Shown here: one piece after another, positions 52,931 through 62,156 of the stretch
How positions within the stretch are numbered: the first letter of the stretch is position 1
Layout of the letters: each line of letters opens with the position of its first letter
DNA from: Dietzia sp.
GTDB taxonomy: Bacteria; Actinomycetota; Actinomycetes; Mycobacteriales; Mycobacteriaceae
Assembly (NCBI RefSeq): GCF_036741115.1
Contig: NZ_DAINST010000002.1
Span: 2,463 to 66,462 of the forward strand
Direction of reading: 5' to 3'
DNA: 64,000 nt
Notes under the pieces: model-generated
Told to the model about the DNA's origin: nothing
What the model saw: only the letters and a program-made list of their open reading frames with translations
The model's database searches: none
Program-made: the position numbers and the translations under genes

Positions 52931-53330
52931 TTCCCCAACAACGTTATGTGACGAACTTTCTTATGCCACCCGGACCGGCCCGGGCTCGCCGAAAGCCCGC
53001 AGGAATACCCTTTGTATCCACAGCTTACCGCCCCCATGTGATGTTGCACACACGAAACGGATGCCGGTCGGATCAGGGCTCTCGCAGCTTCGACCGCAGC
53101 CGAGTCTAGTCGAGTTCCCTTCGCCACCCCCTGGGGGCGTGAGCCGCGGGGACCGGGGAGTCGCCCCGCCTGGCCCCAACGATGGAGCCATAGCCGTTGC
53201 GGGGCAATACTTGTCCCCTCGAATTCCGGCCCGTGGCGCCCTGGCGCAATGCACCCGCTACGATTCCGAGGCGTCGAGGCAGGCGGTTGCCGGCCCGAAT
53301 CCGGCACGACACCAGCCCGGAAAGGACTCC

Positions 53331-54197
53331 ATGTCCACCCCAGGGAATACGGAACCCGAACCGAAACCAGACCGATCCGGCAGCAGCGCCGGCGCCGGTT
53401 CCACATCCACACACAAGACTGACGGCGGAGGAAACGGGCGCGACCGCGGCCGGCGTCGCCGCCGGGTCTACGGAGGGAAGACTGCGAGCGAGCGCGAGAG
53501 CGCGCGGCGGCTGGCTCTTCTCGACGCCGCATTCCACCTCGTCGGCGCCAACGGCTACGGCGCTGCCACCGTGCGCGCGATTTGTCGGCAGGCAGGGCTG
53601 TCCGAACGCTATTTCTACGAGAGCTTCTCCTCGCGAGGTGACATCCTCGCGACTCTGTACGACCAGCACATCGAGGAGATCCGCGACCGCGTGCTCGCCG
53701 CGGTCGCCGAGGTCGCCGAGGACGACGTCGCGGAGGCCGAAAAGTCCGGAGCAGTCCATCCGCTCATCACCGCGGCGACCCGCGGCTATGTCGAGTACTG
53801 CCTCGAGGACCCGCTGCGCGCGAACATCACGGTGATCGACGCGACGACTGCGGGCGCGGACAGGGAGGACGGCCTCATCCCGTCGGCAAATTTCTCGTTC
53901 AGTCGGCTCATCGAGGACTACGCGGTCGCGCTCCTCGGCCGCCCGCACCCACGGCTGCGCGAGTGCTCGATCGGCATGGTCGGCTTCTCCTCGCGACTGC
54001 TCAACTGGTGGTACACGAGCGGCAAGCGCGGGGACGGCTCCGAGCTGGTCGAGCCGATCACGCTGATGCTCCAGGCGATGATCGACCGGATGGCCACCGA
54101 GCTCTCGTCGGAGGACGCCGGTGGCTCCGACGATTCCTTCACCTCGGTGCGCGAACACCTCAGCCGCCCGCGGCCCGCGCGCACCGAGGAGCCCTAG
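53331..54197 (+). CDS. TetR/AcrR family transcriptional regulator
   Basis: ATG at 53331. HTH LLDAAFHLVGANGYGAATVRAICRQAGLSERYFYESFSSRGD. Basic and disordered N-terminus. Confidence 0.8.
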   Translation: MSTPGNTEPEPKPDRSGSSAGAGSTSTHKTDGGGNGRDRGRRRRRVYGGKTASERESARRLALLDAAFHLVGANGYGAATVRAICRQAGLSERYFYESFSSRGDILATLYDQHIEEIRDRVLAAVAEVAEDDVAEAEKSGAVHPLITAATRGYVEYCLEDPLRANITVIDATTAGADREDGLIPSANFSFSRLIEDYAVALLGRPHPRLRECSIGMVGFSSRLLNWWYTSGKRGDGSELVEPITLMLQAMIDRMATELSSEDAGGSDDSFTSVREHLSRPRPARTEEP

Positions 54198-55351
54198 AGT
54201 CCGCGCGAGATCAGTTCCTTCATGATCTCGTTGGCGCCGCCGTAGATCCTCGCGACGCGGGCGGCGGCATACATCTGCGCGATGGGGTACTCCATCATGT
54301 AGCCGTAGCCGCCGAAGAGTTGGAGGCAGCGGTCGGTGACCTCCCCGAGCACCTCGGTGCAATGGAGCTTCATCATCGAGGCCGTCGCGGCGTCGAGTGT
54401 CCCGTCGAGGAGCATCTGGACGCCGAGGTCCGCCATGGTGCGCGCGGCGAGGACCTTGGACTTGCAGTCGGCGAGCTCGAACTTCGTGTTCTGGAAATCG
54501 AAGATCGTTTGCCCGAACGCGCCGCGCTCCTTGGTGTACGCAATGGTGTCGAGGATCGCGGCCTCGGCCATGCCCACCGAATCCACGGCGATGCTCAGGC
54601 GCTCGCGCGGCAGCTGCTTCATCAGCTGGTAGAAGCCCTGGCCCTCCTCCTCGCCGATGAGGTTCTCGGCCGGCACTCGGAGGTCGTTGAAAAAGAGCTC
54701 GGCCGTGTCTGCGCCCCGGCGGCCGATCTTGTCGAGCACCCGGCCCACCGAGTAGCCCTCGCTCTCGGCATCGACCACGAAGAGCGAAATCCCCTTGTGC
54801 CCGGCCTCTGCGTCGGTCTTCGCCACGACGACTACGGTGTCGGCCGATCCGCCGTTGGTGATAAACGTCTTGGACCCGTTGATCACGTAGGAATCGCCGT
54901 CGCGCTTCGCGGTGGTACGAACGCCCTTGAGGTCGGAGCCGGCCCCCGGCTCGGTCATGGCCACGGCGGCGATCTTCTCGCCGGAACCGATCGCCGGAAG
55001 CCAGGTCTTCTTCTGCTCCTCGGTGCCGTATTCGACGATGTAGTGCGGGGTGATGGTCGAGCCCACTCCGTAACCGAACGCCGTGTCCTTCGCCAGGCAC
55101 AGCTCGTCGGCGACGAGCATCTCCATCGCGGCGTCGCCGCCCTGCCCGCCGTACTCCTCGGGCATGTCCACGCCCACGAGGCCGGCGGCCGCGGTCTTGC
55201 GCCACGTCTCCCGATCGACGTAGTGCTGCTCCGCCCACTTCTCCTGGTTGGGGGTCATCTCCTTGGCGAAGAATTCGCGGGCGTGGGCGCGGAGGGCCTG
55301 GTGGTCCTCGCCTTCCCAGCTCGGGCGGTATTCGGGAAACAGTGCACCCAT
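54194..55351 (-). CDS. acyl-CoA dehydrogenase
   Basis: ATG at 55351. MTEPGAGSDLKGVRTTA, NGSKTFITNG, and C-terminal IYGGANEIMKELISR. 4-nt convergent overlap with the TetR stop. Confidence 0.85.
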   Translation of the reverse strand: MGALFPEYRPSWEGEDHQALRAHAREFFAKEMTPNQEKWAEQHYVDRETWRKTAAAGLVGVDMPEEYGGQGGDAAMEMLVADELCLAKDTAFGYGVGSTITPHYIVEYGTEEQKKTWLPAIGSGEKIAAVAMTEPGAGSDLKGVRTTAKRDGDSYVINGSKTFITNGGSADTVVVVAKTDAEAGHKGISLFVVDAESEGYSVGRVLDKIGRRGADTAELFFNDLRVPAENLIGEEEGQGFYQLMKQLPRERLSIAVDSVGMAEAAILDTIAYTKERGAFGQTIFDFQNTKFELADCKSKVLAARTMADLGVQMLLDGTLDAATASMMKLHCTEVLGEVTDRCLQLFGGYGYMMEYPIAQMYAAARVARIYGGANEIMKELISRGL

Positions 55352-55409
55352 GGTCGGCTCCAATCGGATCGTATGTGAGTAAGCCCACAATAACCCGCGA
55401 GCCGCCCGG

Positions 55410-56294
55410 CTACCTGCCCAGTGCCTCCCACGCCTGGGCGGCGAGCTCCGGGCTAGCGGCCGCGACGACCGTTCCTCCCGCGATGGGGCTCTGCCCCCCC
55501 GGGCCCTCGATCACCCCACCGGCGCCCTCGACGATGGGGATGAGCGCGACGATGTCGTGCGGCCCCAGCGTCGCCTCGACCACGAGGTCCACCCGTCCCG
55601 CCGCGAGCTGGCAGTAGGCATAGCAGTCGCCGCCGTAGCGGCCGAGCCGCACCGCTCCCGCGAGCGCCGCGTACTCCAGCCCGGAGCCGTCGAACATCGA
55701 CGGGTGGGTGGAGTACAGCACGGCATCGGAGAGCTCGGTGCAGCCGCTCACGCGCAGCTCCTCGCGCTCGGGGGCGCCGGCGTCGACGAGCGCTCCGCGG
55801 CGCAGCACCTCGGCGGTTCCGTCCACGGAGCGGTAAGTCTCGCCGAGCACCGGCTGGTCCATCCACCCGGCGACGGCGCGCCCGTCCTCGACGACCCCGA
55901 TGAGCGTGCCCCAGCCCGCCATGCCCGTGACGAACGCCTTGGTGCCGTCGATCGGGTCGAGGTACCAGCACCGGGCTGCGTCCTCGGCGCCCGAGGCGCC
56001 CTCTTCCTCGCCGATGATCCGATCGTCGGGCCAGCGCTCCTCGATCCCGGCGCGTAGGACCGCCTCGATCCGGGTGTCCGCTTCCGTCACCGGGTCGAAG
56101 GCGCGCGATCCGCTCGAGCCCCTGCCTTCGGCCCCCTTGTCCCGGGTGCCCTGTTCGCCGCCGCGGGCGAAGAAGTACCGCGCCGCGATGGCGCGCGTTT
56201 CGTCGAGCAGCTCGGTCACGGATTCCAGCGCGGGTTCGGGCTCCACCGCGGACTCGGCCCGCCTGATGCGCCCCGCCTGTTCGCCGTCACTCAT
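55410..56294 (-). CDS. inositol monophosphatase family protein (HisN/SuhB/CysQ-type phosphatase)
   Basis: DPVTEADTRIE, IIGEEEG, WYLDPIDGTKAF, and the GGDCYAY...VVE region. Confidence 0.8.
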   Translation of the reverse strand: MSDGEQAGRIRRAESAVEPEPALESVTELLDETRAIAARYFFARGGEQGTRDKGAEGRGSSGSRAFDPVTEADTRIEAVLRAGIEERWPDDRIIGEEEGASGAEDAARCWYLDPIDGTKAFVTGMAGWGTLIGVVEDGRAVAGWMDQPVLGETYRSVDGTAEVLRRGALVDAGAPEREELRVSGCTELSDAVLYSTHPSMFDGSGLEYAALAGAVRLGRYGGDCYAYCQLAAGRVDLVVEATLGPHDIVALIPIVEGAGGVIEGPGGQSPIAGGTVVAAASPELAAQAWEALGR

Positions 56295-56357
56295 GGCCGC
56301 GCTCCCTTCTCCGGGCCCGCGGGGCCCGGTTCGCCTGTGGAGAGTAAACCAGTAATC

Positions 56358-57455
56358 ATGACGACGGACGCCACAACCCCCTCGCCCTCCGAACCCCCGA
56401 CCGACGCCGCCGCGCTCGGCGATTTCACGGACGCCGCCGCCCGCTCGCGCAAGGGCGTGCCGCTATCGGTCCTCGACCTCGTCGGCGTCTCCACCGATGC
56501 CGGGACGGCGCTCGGCGCCTCGATGGAATCCATCGCCGCGGCCGAGGACGCCGGCTACTTCCGCTACTGGTACGCCGAGCACCACAACACCGAGGGCGTG
56601 GCGAGCTCGGCGACCTCGGTGATCATCGCGAGGGCCGCCGCGGCGACGGAGTCGATCCGCGTGGGCTCCGGCGGGATCATGCTGCCGAACCACGCGCCGC
56701 TGCAGGTCGCCGAGGATTTCGGGACGATCGCCCAGCTCGAGCCCGGTCGCATCGACCTCGGCCTAGGGCGCGCGCCCGGCACGGATCCGATGACCTCCTC
56801 GCTTATCAACCACTTCACCCCCGAGCCGCAGGCCTTCGCGCAGGCGCTCTACGACCTCCAGGGCTGGTTCTCCGCTCGCGGCACCGGCCATTCGACACCG
56901 GTGTCCTCGGTGGCCTCGAAGGGCACCGAGGTCCCGCTGTGGGTGCTGGGCTCGACCGTCAACGGCGCCGGAATCGCGGGGCAGCTCGGCCTCCCGTTCG
57001 CGGTAGCGAGCCACTTCCAGCCCGAGGGCTTCGAGGACGCGATCGCGCAATACCGCGAGACGTTCTCCACCGAGGCTCCGACTGCCCGGCTGGAGAAGCC
57101 GCACGTCATGGTCGCGGTCAACGTCTTCGTCGCGGACACTACCGAGGAGGCGCGCCGGCAGTTCACCACCACCCAGCGCATGTTCCTCGGCATCCGCCGC
57201 GGTCGACAGACACGGCTGTCGAAGCCGATCCCCGATCTCGCCGAGGTCGCCACGCCGATGGAGATCGCGATGCTCGATTCGGCGCTGCGGATCAGCGCCG
57301 TCGGAACCGCGGACGAGGTGGTCGCCGAGCTCGACGCCCTCGTCGAGCAAACGGGCGCGGACGAGCTCATCACCGTGACCTACGCGCACGATCCGGCCGA
57401 CAGGATCCGCTCGATGCAGCTCCTCGCCGAGGCCTGGATCGACCGGGAGGCCTAG
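56358..57455 (+). CDS. LLM-class flavin-dependent oxidoreductase (luciferase-like)
   Basis: YFRYWYAEHHN, IRVGSGGIMLPNHAPLQVAEDFGTIAQLEPGRIDLGLGRAPG. ATG at 56358 (the track ORF starts at the GTG at 56337). Confidence 0.85.
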   Translation: MTTDATTPSPSEPPTDAAALGDFTDAAARSRKGVPLSVLDLVGVSTDAGTALGASMESIAAAEDAGYFRYWYAEHHNTEGVASSATSVIIARAAAATESIRVGSGGIMLPNHAPLQVAEDFGTIAQLEPGRIDLGLGRAPGTDPMTSSLINHFTPEPQAFAQALYDLQGWFSARGTGHSTPVSSVASKGTEVPLWVLGSTVNGAGIAGQLGLPFAVASHFQPEGFEDAIAQYRETFSTEAPTARLEKPHVMVAVNVFVADTTEEARRQFTTTQRMFLGIRRGRQTRLSKPIPDLAEVATPMEIAMLDSALRISAVGTADEVVAELDALVEQTGADELITVTYAHDPADRIRSMQLLAEAWIDREA

Positions 57456-57521
57456 CCCGGCCGACCGATTCGGATTTCACGGCCTATTCGGACGGCCGAC
57501 CCGTCTCGCGCTGCACGGCCC

Positions 57522-57776
57522 CTATGCCGGATTGAGATGCAGCGTGATCGCCGTCGACACCCCGAACACGATGATCGCCGCAATGCCGAGCGCGAGGCCG
57601 ATGTTCGCGCGTCGCATGTTCGGCTCGATGTCGACGGCCGTATTCGGCACGCGCACGAACAGCGAGAACGCGATGGTGATGAGCGCAGCGACGAGCCCAA
57701 TGATGTTGAGCACGGGGATCCAGCTGATGAGCAGCGCACCGATGCCATAGACCACGGATTTCGTGCCGAGGTCCAT
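57522..57776 (-). CDS. small two-TM membrane protein (DUF4190-like)
   Basis: This is the tail of track ORF 57522..58757. MDLGTKSVVYGIGALLISWIPVLNIIGLVAALITIAFSLFV...IGLALGIAAIIVFGVSTAITL. An in-frame GTG at 57899, 4 nt after the HAD stop, could extend it to 125 aa. Confidence 0.55.
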   Translation of the reverse strand: MDLGTKSVVYGIGALLISWIPVLNIIGLVAALITIAFSLFVRVPNTAVDIEPNMRRANIGLALGIAAIIVFGVSTAITLHLNPA

Positions 57777-57903
57777 CGGGGTCTTCCCCGGCCGGCCGCG
57801 CCGCGCGGAGCGGTCGTAGCGCGAGTTCTCGCCGCCGTCTGCGGCGTCCTCCTCGCCGCGCGGCGAGCGGTAGCGCGGCCCGAAGCCCTTGATCGCCACC
57901 GCG

Positions 57904-58809
57904 CTAGCCCCGCGCCCCGCGCTCGAGCGGGCCGGTGTAGCCGATGTGCGGACCGACGAGGAACTCGAGGATCTGCGCCACCCCGTCGACGTCGTTCGCC
58001 GGCGCGACGTACCGGGCCCTGTCGATGACGGCGGGGTGCGCGTTCGCCATGGCGAACGACATCTCGGCGCGGTCGAGCATCTCGAGGTCGTTGAGGTAGT
58101 CCCCGAAGGCCATGGTCTCGGCAGGCGTGATGCCGAGGCGGTTCTGCAGGCGCTCGAGGGCGACGCCCTTGTCGACGCCGGGCGGCATGAGGTCGACCCA
58201 GTGCTTGCCAGAGACCACGACCTCCGCGATATCCGGGAGCCCGGCGGAGCGCAGCGGCGGGGCGAGCACGGTCTCGGCGTCGTCGAAGGTGAACACGGCG
58301 ACCTTGATCGCTTCTCCCTCGCCGATTTCCAGCAGGTCCGGGACCACCTCGAGTGCGTGGTAGTAGTGGCGCACCTCGCGGAGGAAGTCGGGATCCCCTC
58401 GCTCGACATACGCCATGGTCGGCGTGCACACGACGACCCCCGCGCCATCGCGCCCTGTGTAGGAGCCGAACGACCGTGCGACCTCGACCGCGGCGGGTAC
58501 GACGCCGGCGGGAAGCGGGGAGATCGCGAGGGGCTGGCCGTCGCGCATGACAACGGTGCCGTTCTCGGCGATGACGGTGAGCCCGGCGTGGATGTCGGCG
58601 AAGATGCCGGCAAGCGTGGAGTACTGGCGCCCGCTGGCCGGAGCAAAGGCGATCCCGGCGTCGCGCATCGCGCGGATCGCCTCCCATGTGCGCAGGGAGA
58701 TCTTCCCATCGGCGCCGAGCAGCGTGCCGTCCATATCGCACACCACGAGCCGGACATCGGCGCCCGAGGGCAGCTCGCGGACTGGGGTGGGTTCGGCCTT
58801 CGCCGTCAT
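57904..58809 (-). CDS. Cof-type HAD-IIB family hydrolase (sugar-phosphate phosphatase type)
   Basis: ATG at 58809. LVVCDMDGTLL, APASGRQY, KGVALERL, AFGDYLNDLEML. Confidence 0.85.
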   Translation of the reverse strand: MTAKAEPTPVRELPSGADVRLVVCDMDGTLLGADGKISLRTWEAIRAMRDAGIAFAPASGRQYSTLAGIFADIHAGLTVIAENGTVVMRDGQPLAISPLPAGVVPAAVEVARSFGSYTGRDGAGVVVCTPTMAYVERGDPDFLREVRHYYHALEVVPDLLEIGEGEAIKVAVFTFDDAETVLAPPLRSAGLPDIAEVVVSGKHWVDLMPPGVDKGVALERLQNRLGITPAETMAFGDYLNDLEMLDRAEMSFAMANAHPAVIDRARYVAPANDVDGVAQILEFLVGPHIGYTGPLERGARG

Positions 58810-59345
58810 AGACGATTCACTTCCTCGCCGCGGAGCGGGCACGGGTAGCCGCGCGCGCCTCCCGTGGTGTCGGGAATTGGCGCGCGCGGCGGGTTGTATA
58901 TCTACAGCGCGGGCGGGAGGTGGCGGGCGGGCCCGTATGGAGGCCGGTCGGGCCGGCCGGGCTCGGGCCTGCGCTCACCCGCAGGAGCTGTGGACTACGG
59001 GCCCTCGATGTTCGCCGTGATCGGGTCGAGCGAACCGGCGAGGGGAAGGCGGATCGCGTTGAAGATGGCGTCCCAGGCCTGCACCAGCATGTCGTAAGGC
59101 ATCTGTCGATCATCCCTTTGATTCGTAAGTCAATTCCGGCGGCGGAGGCCACCGAATCCCCACCATTGCGCTGCTCGCGCAGAAACGCAAGGTGATGAGG
59201 CACACCATAGTATGGATTTCGCTTTATACGACCTGCTCACCGAATTCAGGGGAGACACGATTTGCTCCCGGAGGGCGGGATCGTTGCCTTCTCGTGATCC
59301 GGAAGCGCACCCCGCCGGCCCCCTCGCCTCGGTAGCCTGGGGACC

Positions 59346-59777
59346 ATGCCCGCACTCATTTGGCTGGCCGGAGCCGGACTACTCGCGCTTGCCGAAACGG
59401 CGAGCGGGGACCTGTTCTTGCTCATGCTCGCCGGTGGCGCGCTCGGCGGGGCGGGTGCCGCGGCGCTCGGGGCTCCGATCTGGTTGCAGGGCATAGTGTT
59501 CGCGATCGTCTCCATCGTGCTCGTGCTCGGCGTGCGCCCGCTGGCGAAGAGCCGGCTGCTCGCCGGCACAGGGGCGCACACCAACGTCGATGCACTCACG
59601 GGCCGCGAGGCCGAGATCACGGGCGCGATCTCCGGGGCCCCCGGGCTGGTCACGATCGGCGGGGACGAGTGGACGGCGCGGGCGCTGGTCCCGGGCGAGG
59701 AATTCGCGGTGGGCGAGCACGTGTGGATCCACGAGATCGACGGCGCCACGGCCATCGTCGCGAAGAAATACGTCTAG
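59346..59777 (+). CDS. NfeD family membrane protein
   Basis: Three N-terminal TM helices plus a C-terminal OB-like TGREAEITGAI...GLVTIGGDEWTARA. It lies upstream of an SPFH gene. Confidence 0.8.
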   Translation: MPALIWLAGAGLLALAETASGDLFLLMLAGGALGGAGAAALGAPIWLQGIVFAIVSIVLVLGVRPLAKSRLLAGTGAHTNVDALTGREAEITGAISGAPGLVTIGGDEWTARALVPGEEFAVGEHVWIHEIDGATAIVAKKYV

Positions 59778-59872
59778 GAACATTCTCCCGGGAAACGCAT
59801 CCAGGACTTGAGGCAGAAGTAGAGAACCGCCGGAACCTCCGGCCGAAGCGTTGGGTTAGGACTGATGCGCCA

Positions 59873-61315
59873 ATGAGCTCCGCACTGATATTCCTGCTGG
59901 TCGTGGTGATCCTCGCGGTCGTCATCGTGGCCGGCACGATCAAGCTCATCCCCCAGGCCGAGGCGGCGGTGATCGAGCGCCTCGGCCGCTACCACCGCAC
60001 GGTCAACGGCCAGCTCACGCTGCTCCTGCCGTTCATCGACCGGATCCGCGCGAAGGTCGACCTCCGCGAGCGCGTCGTCGCGTTCCCTCCCCAGTCGATG
60101 ATCACCCAGGACAACCTCACGCTGTCCATCGACACGGTCGTGTATTTCCAGGTCACCGATCCCAAGGCGGCAGTGTACGAGATCAACAACTACATCGTCG
60201 CCGTCGAGCAGCTCGCGACGACCACCCTGCGCAACGTCGTCGGCGGGCTCACGCTCGAGCAGACGCTCACGAGCCGCGACATGATCAACAAGCAGCTCCG
60301 CGGCGTCCTCGATTCCGAGACCGGCCGCTGGGGCCTGCGCGTCGCCCGCGTCGAGCTCCGCTCGATCGACCCGCCGCCCTCCATCCAGGAGTCGATGGAG
60401 AAGCAGATGAAGGCCGACCGGGAGAAGCGCGCGATGATCCTCACGGCCGAGGGCCAGCGCGAGGCCTCGATCAAGACCGCCGAGGGCGCGAAGCAGGCGG
60501 CGATCCTCGACGCGGAGGGCGCCAAGCAGTCCGCGATCCTCTCGGCCGAGGCCGAGCGGCAGTCTCTCATGCTGCGCGCACAGGGCCAGCGCGCCGCCAA
60601 GTACCTCACCGCCGAGGGCGAGGCGGCGGCGATCGCGAAGGTCAACTCCTCGATCAAGGCCTCGAAGCCGAGCCCCGAGATGCTCGCCTACCAGTACGTC
60701 CAGAATCTCCCCGAGATGGCGAAGGGCGATGCGGCGACCATGTGGATGGTCCCCTCGCAGTTCGGCGACTCCCTCGAGAAGTTCGCGCGCGCGATGGCCA
60801 AGGAGGAGGAGCCGGGCGTCTTCCGCTACGAACCCTCGGACGAGCCGGTGGTCGAGCCCGAGGCGGCGAGTCCACCGGAGGCCTGGTTCGACACCTCCAC
60901 CGATCCCTCGATCGTCGAGAGCGTCAAGCAGGCCGAGGCCGCGGCCCGCACCACCACCGAGGTGGACGACGCCGCACCTCGTGGTCGCGCCACCCCTCCG
61001 CGCCCCGAGGTGTTCGACATGGTCCCGGCGGACGAGGGCGGCTCGGCGACCGGGCGCCCCGGCGCCGCTGCGCCTGGCGGCGCCCAGAGCCAGCAGGGCC
61101 CCGATCAGCGAGAACTCGGCCGCCAGGCACCGCAGGATCAGAGCGGCCCGGAATACGGCCGCCACGCGGATCCCGGCGCTGCCGGAGATCCGCGGCAGGC
61201 TCCGCAGCGCGAGCCGCAGTTCCGCGGCAATCCCTACGGCCAGGGCCAGCAGGGCATGCCGGGGAATCCGGGGCAGCCCGGCGGCGGCTTCCCCCAGGGT
61301 GGCCCGGGACGCTAG
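59873..61315 (+). CDS. SPFH/band 7 (stomatin-like) protein with a long disordered Gln/Gly/Pro-rich C-terminal tail
   Basis: ATG at 59873. TM, then IPQAEAAVIERLGRYHRT, TQDNLTLSIDTVVYFQVTDP, GLRVARVELRSIDPP, a coiled-coil AEG repeat region, then about 170 aa of low complexity. Confidence 0.9.
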   Translation: MSSALIFLLVVVILAVVIVAGTIKLIPQAEAAVIERLGRYHRTVNGQLTLLLPFIDRIRAKVDLRERVVAFPPQSMITQDNLTLSIDTVVYFQVTDPKAAVYEINNYIVAVEQLATTTLRNVVGGLTLEQTLTSRDMINKQLRGVLDSETGRWGLRVARVELRSIDPPPSIQESMEKQMKADREKRAMILTAEGQREASIKTAEGAKQAAILDAEGAKQSAILSAEAERQSLMLRAQGQRAAKYLTAEGEAAAIAKVNSSIKASKPSPEMLAYQYVQNLPEMAKGDAATMWMVPSQFGDSLEKFARAMAKEEEPGVFRYEPSDEPVVEPEAASPPEAWFDTSTDPSIVESVKQAEAAARTTTEVDDAAPRGRATPPRPEVFDMVPADEGGSATGRPGAAAPGGAQSQQGPDQRELGRQAPQDQSGPEYGRHADPGAAGDPRQAPQREPQFRGNPYGQGQQGMPGNPGQPGGGFPQGGPGR

Positions 61316-61343
61316 CCGTCATCGGCGAGAAGCGGTCCGGAAG

Positions 61344-61384
61344 CGAGCCCGGCCCCGGCGACGTGGCGTCGCCGGGGCCGGGCT
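61344..61384 (+). terminator. strong stem-loop after the SPFH gene
   Basis: gagcccggccccggcgac (61344-61361) and gtcgccggggccgggctc (61367-61384) form a perfect 18-bp stem with a 5-nt loop, 29 nt after the stop. Confidence 0.7.
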
Positions 61385-61547
61385 CGTAAGGTCTCGGGTG
61401 GACACGGCGCCGCACCCAGGCGGCGCCGGCCGGGACCGAGACGCCACCGGCGCCTCCGCCTCCGGGCGCTCCGGACACTTCGGAAACCCCGCGTCCGGCG
61501 TGGCGGCCGGACAACGCCATTACTGCACAGCACGAAGAGGAACGCCC

Positions 61548-62156
61548 TTGTCGTCGACCGATTGGACCGAGCGCTACCTCGCGCACCCCGATCCCTGGGG
61601 GATCACGCCCGCGGCGACGATCGTCTCGCAGGTCGCTTCTGCGCAGGAGGCCGGCCTCGAGCCGGGGACGGCCGTGGACCTCGGCTCCGGCGACGGCCGC
61701 CACGCGCGTTGGCTCGCCGGGCTCGGCTGGAACGTGTCGGCGGTGGACATCTCCGCGGAGGTCATCGACAGCGCACGCGAGCGCGATTCGGACGAAGGCA
61801 GGCCCGGGCACGTCGAATGGATCGCCGCCGACGGTCTGGAATGGGAGCCCGAGAGCCCCGTCGACCTCGTGGTCGTCGGATTCCTCCAGCTCCCCGCCGA
61901 TACGCTCGGGGCGATACTGCGCCGCGCCGCGGGCTGGCTCGCGCCCGGCGGGCATCTCGTCTACCTCGGGCACGCGGCAGAGAACATGCGCCGCGGCGTC
62001 GGCGGGCCGCAGGACCCGAGCACGCTTCCGTCGATCGAGGAGCTCGCGGCCGCAGCGAAAGGACTGCGCGTGCTCTCGCTGCGGCACGATATCCGTCCGG
62101 CCGGCACTGCCGTGGCGGTCGACGTCATCCTCCATGCCGCCGCCTGGGCGGACTAG
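61548..62156 (+). CDS. class I SAM-dependent methyltransferase
   Basis: TTG at 61548 after GAAGAGGA. Motif I AVDLGSGDGRHARWLA, motif II VDLVVVGF, post-I VSAVDIS. Confidence 0.75.
   Translation: MSSTDWTERYLAHPDPWGITPAATIVSQVASAQEAGLEPGTAVDLGSGDGRHARWLAGLGWNVSAVDISAEVIDSARERDSDEGRPGHVEWIAADGLEWEPESPVDLVVVGFLQLPADTLGAILRRAAGWLAPGGHLVYLGHAAENMRRGVGGPQDPSTLPSIEELAAAAKGLRVLSLRHDIRPAGTAVAVDVILHAAAWAD

Noticed and set aside
53106-55388. 760-aa minus-strand ORF covering the TetR and ACAD region, and the 471-aa plus ORF 53963..55378
   Set aside because: Both are Arg-rich shadows. The real genes are the TetR gene (53331..54197, plus) and the ACAD gene (54194..55351, minus), in other frames.
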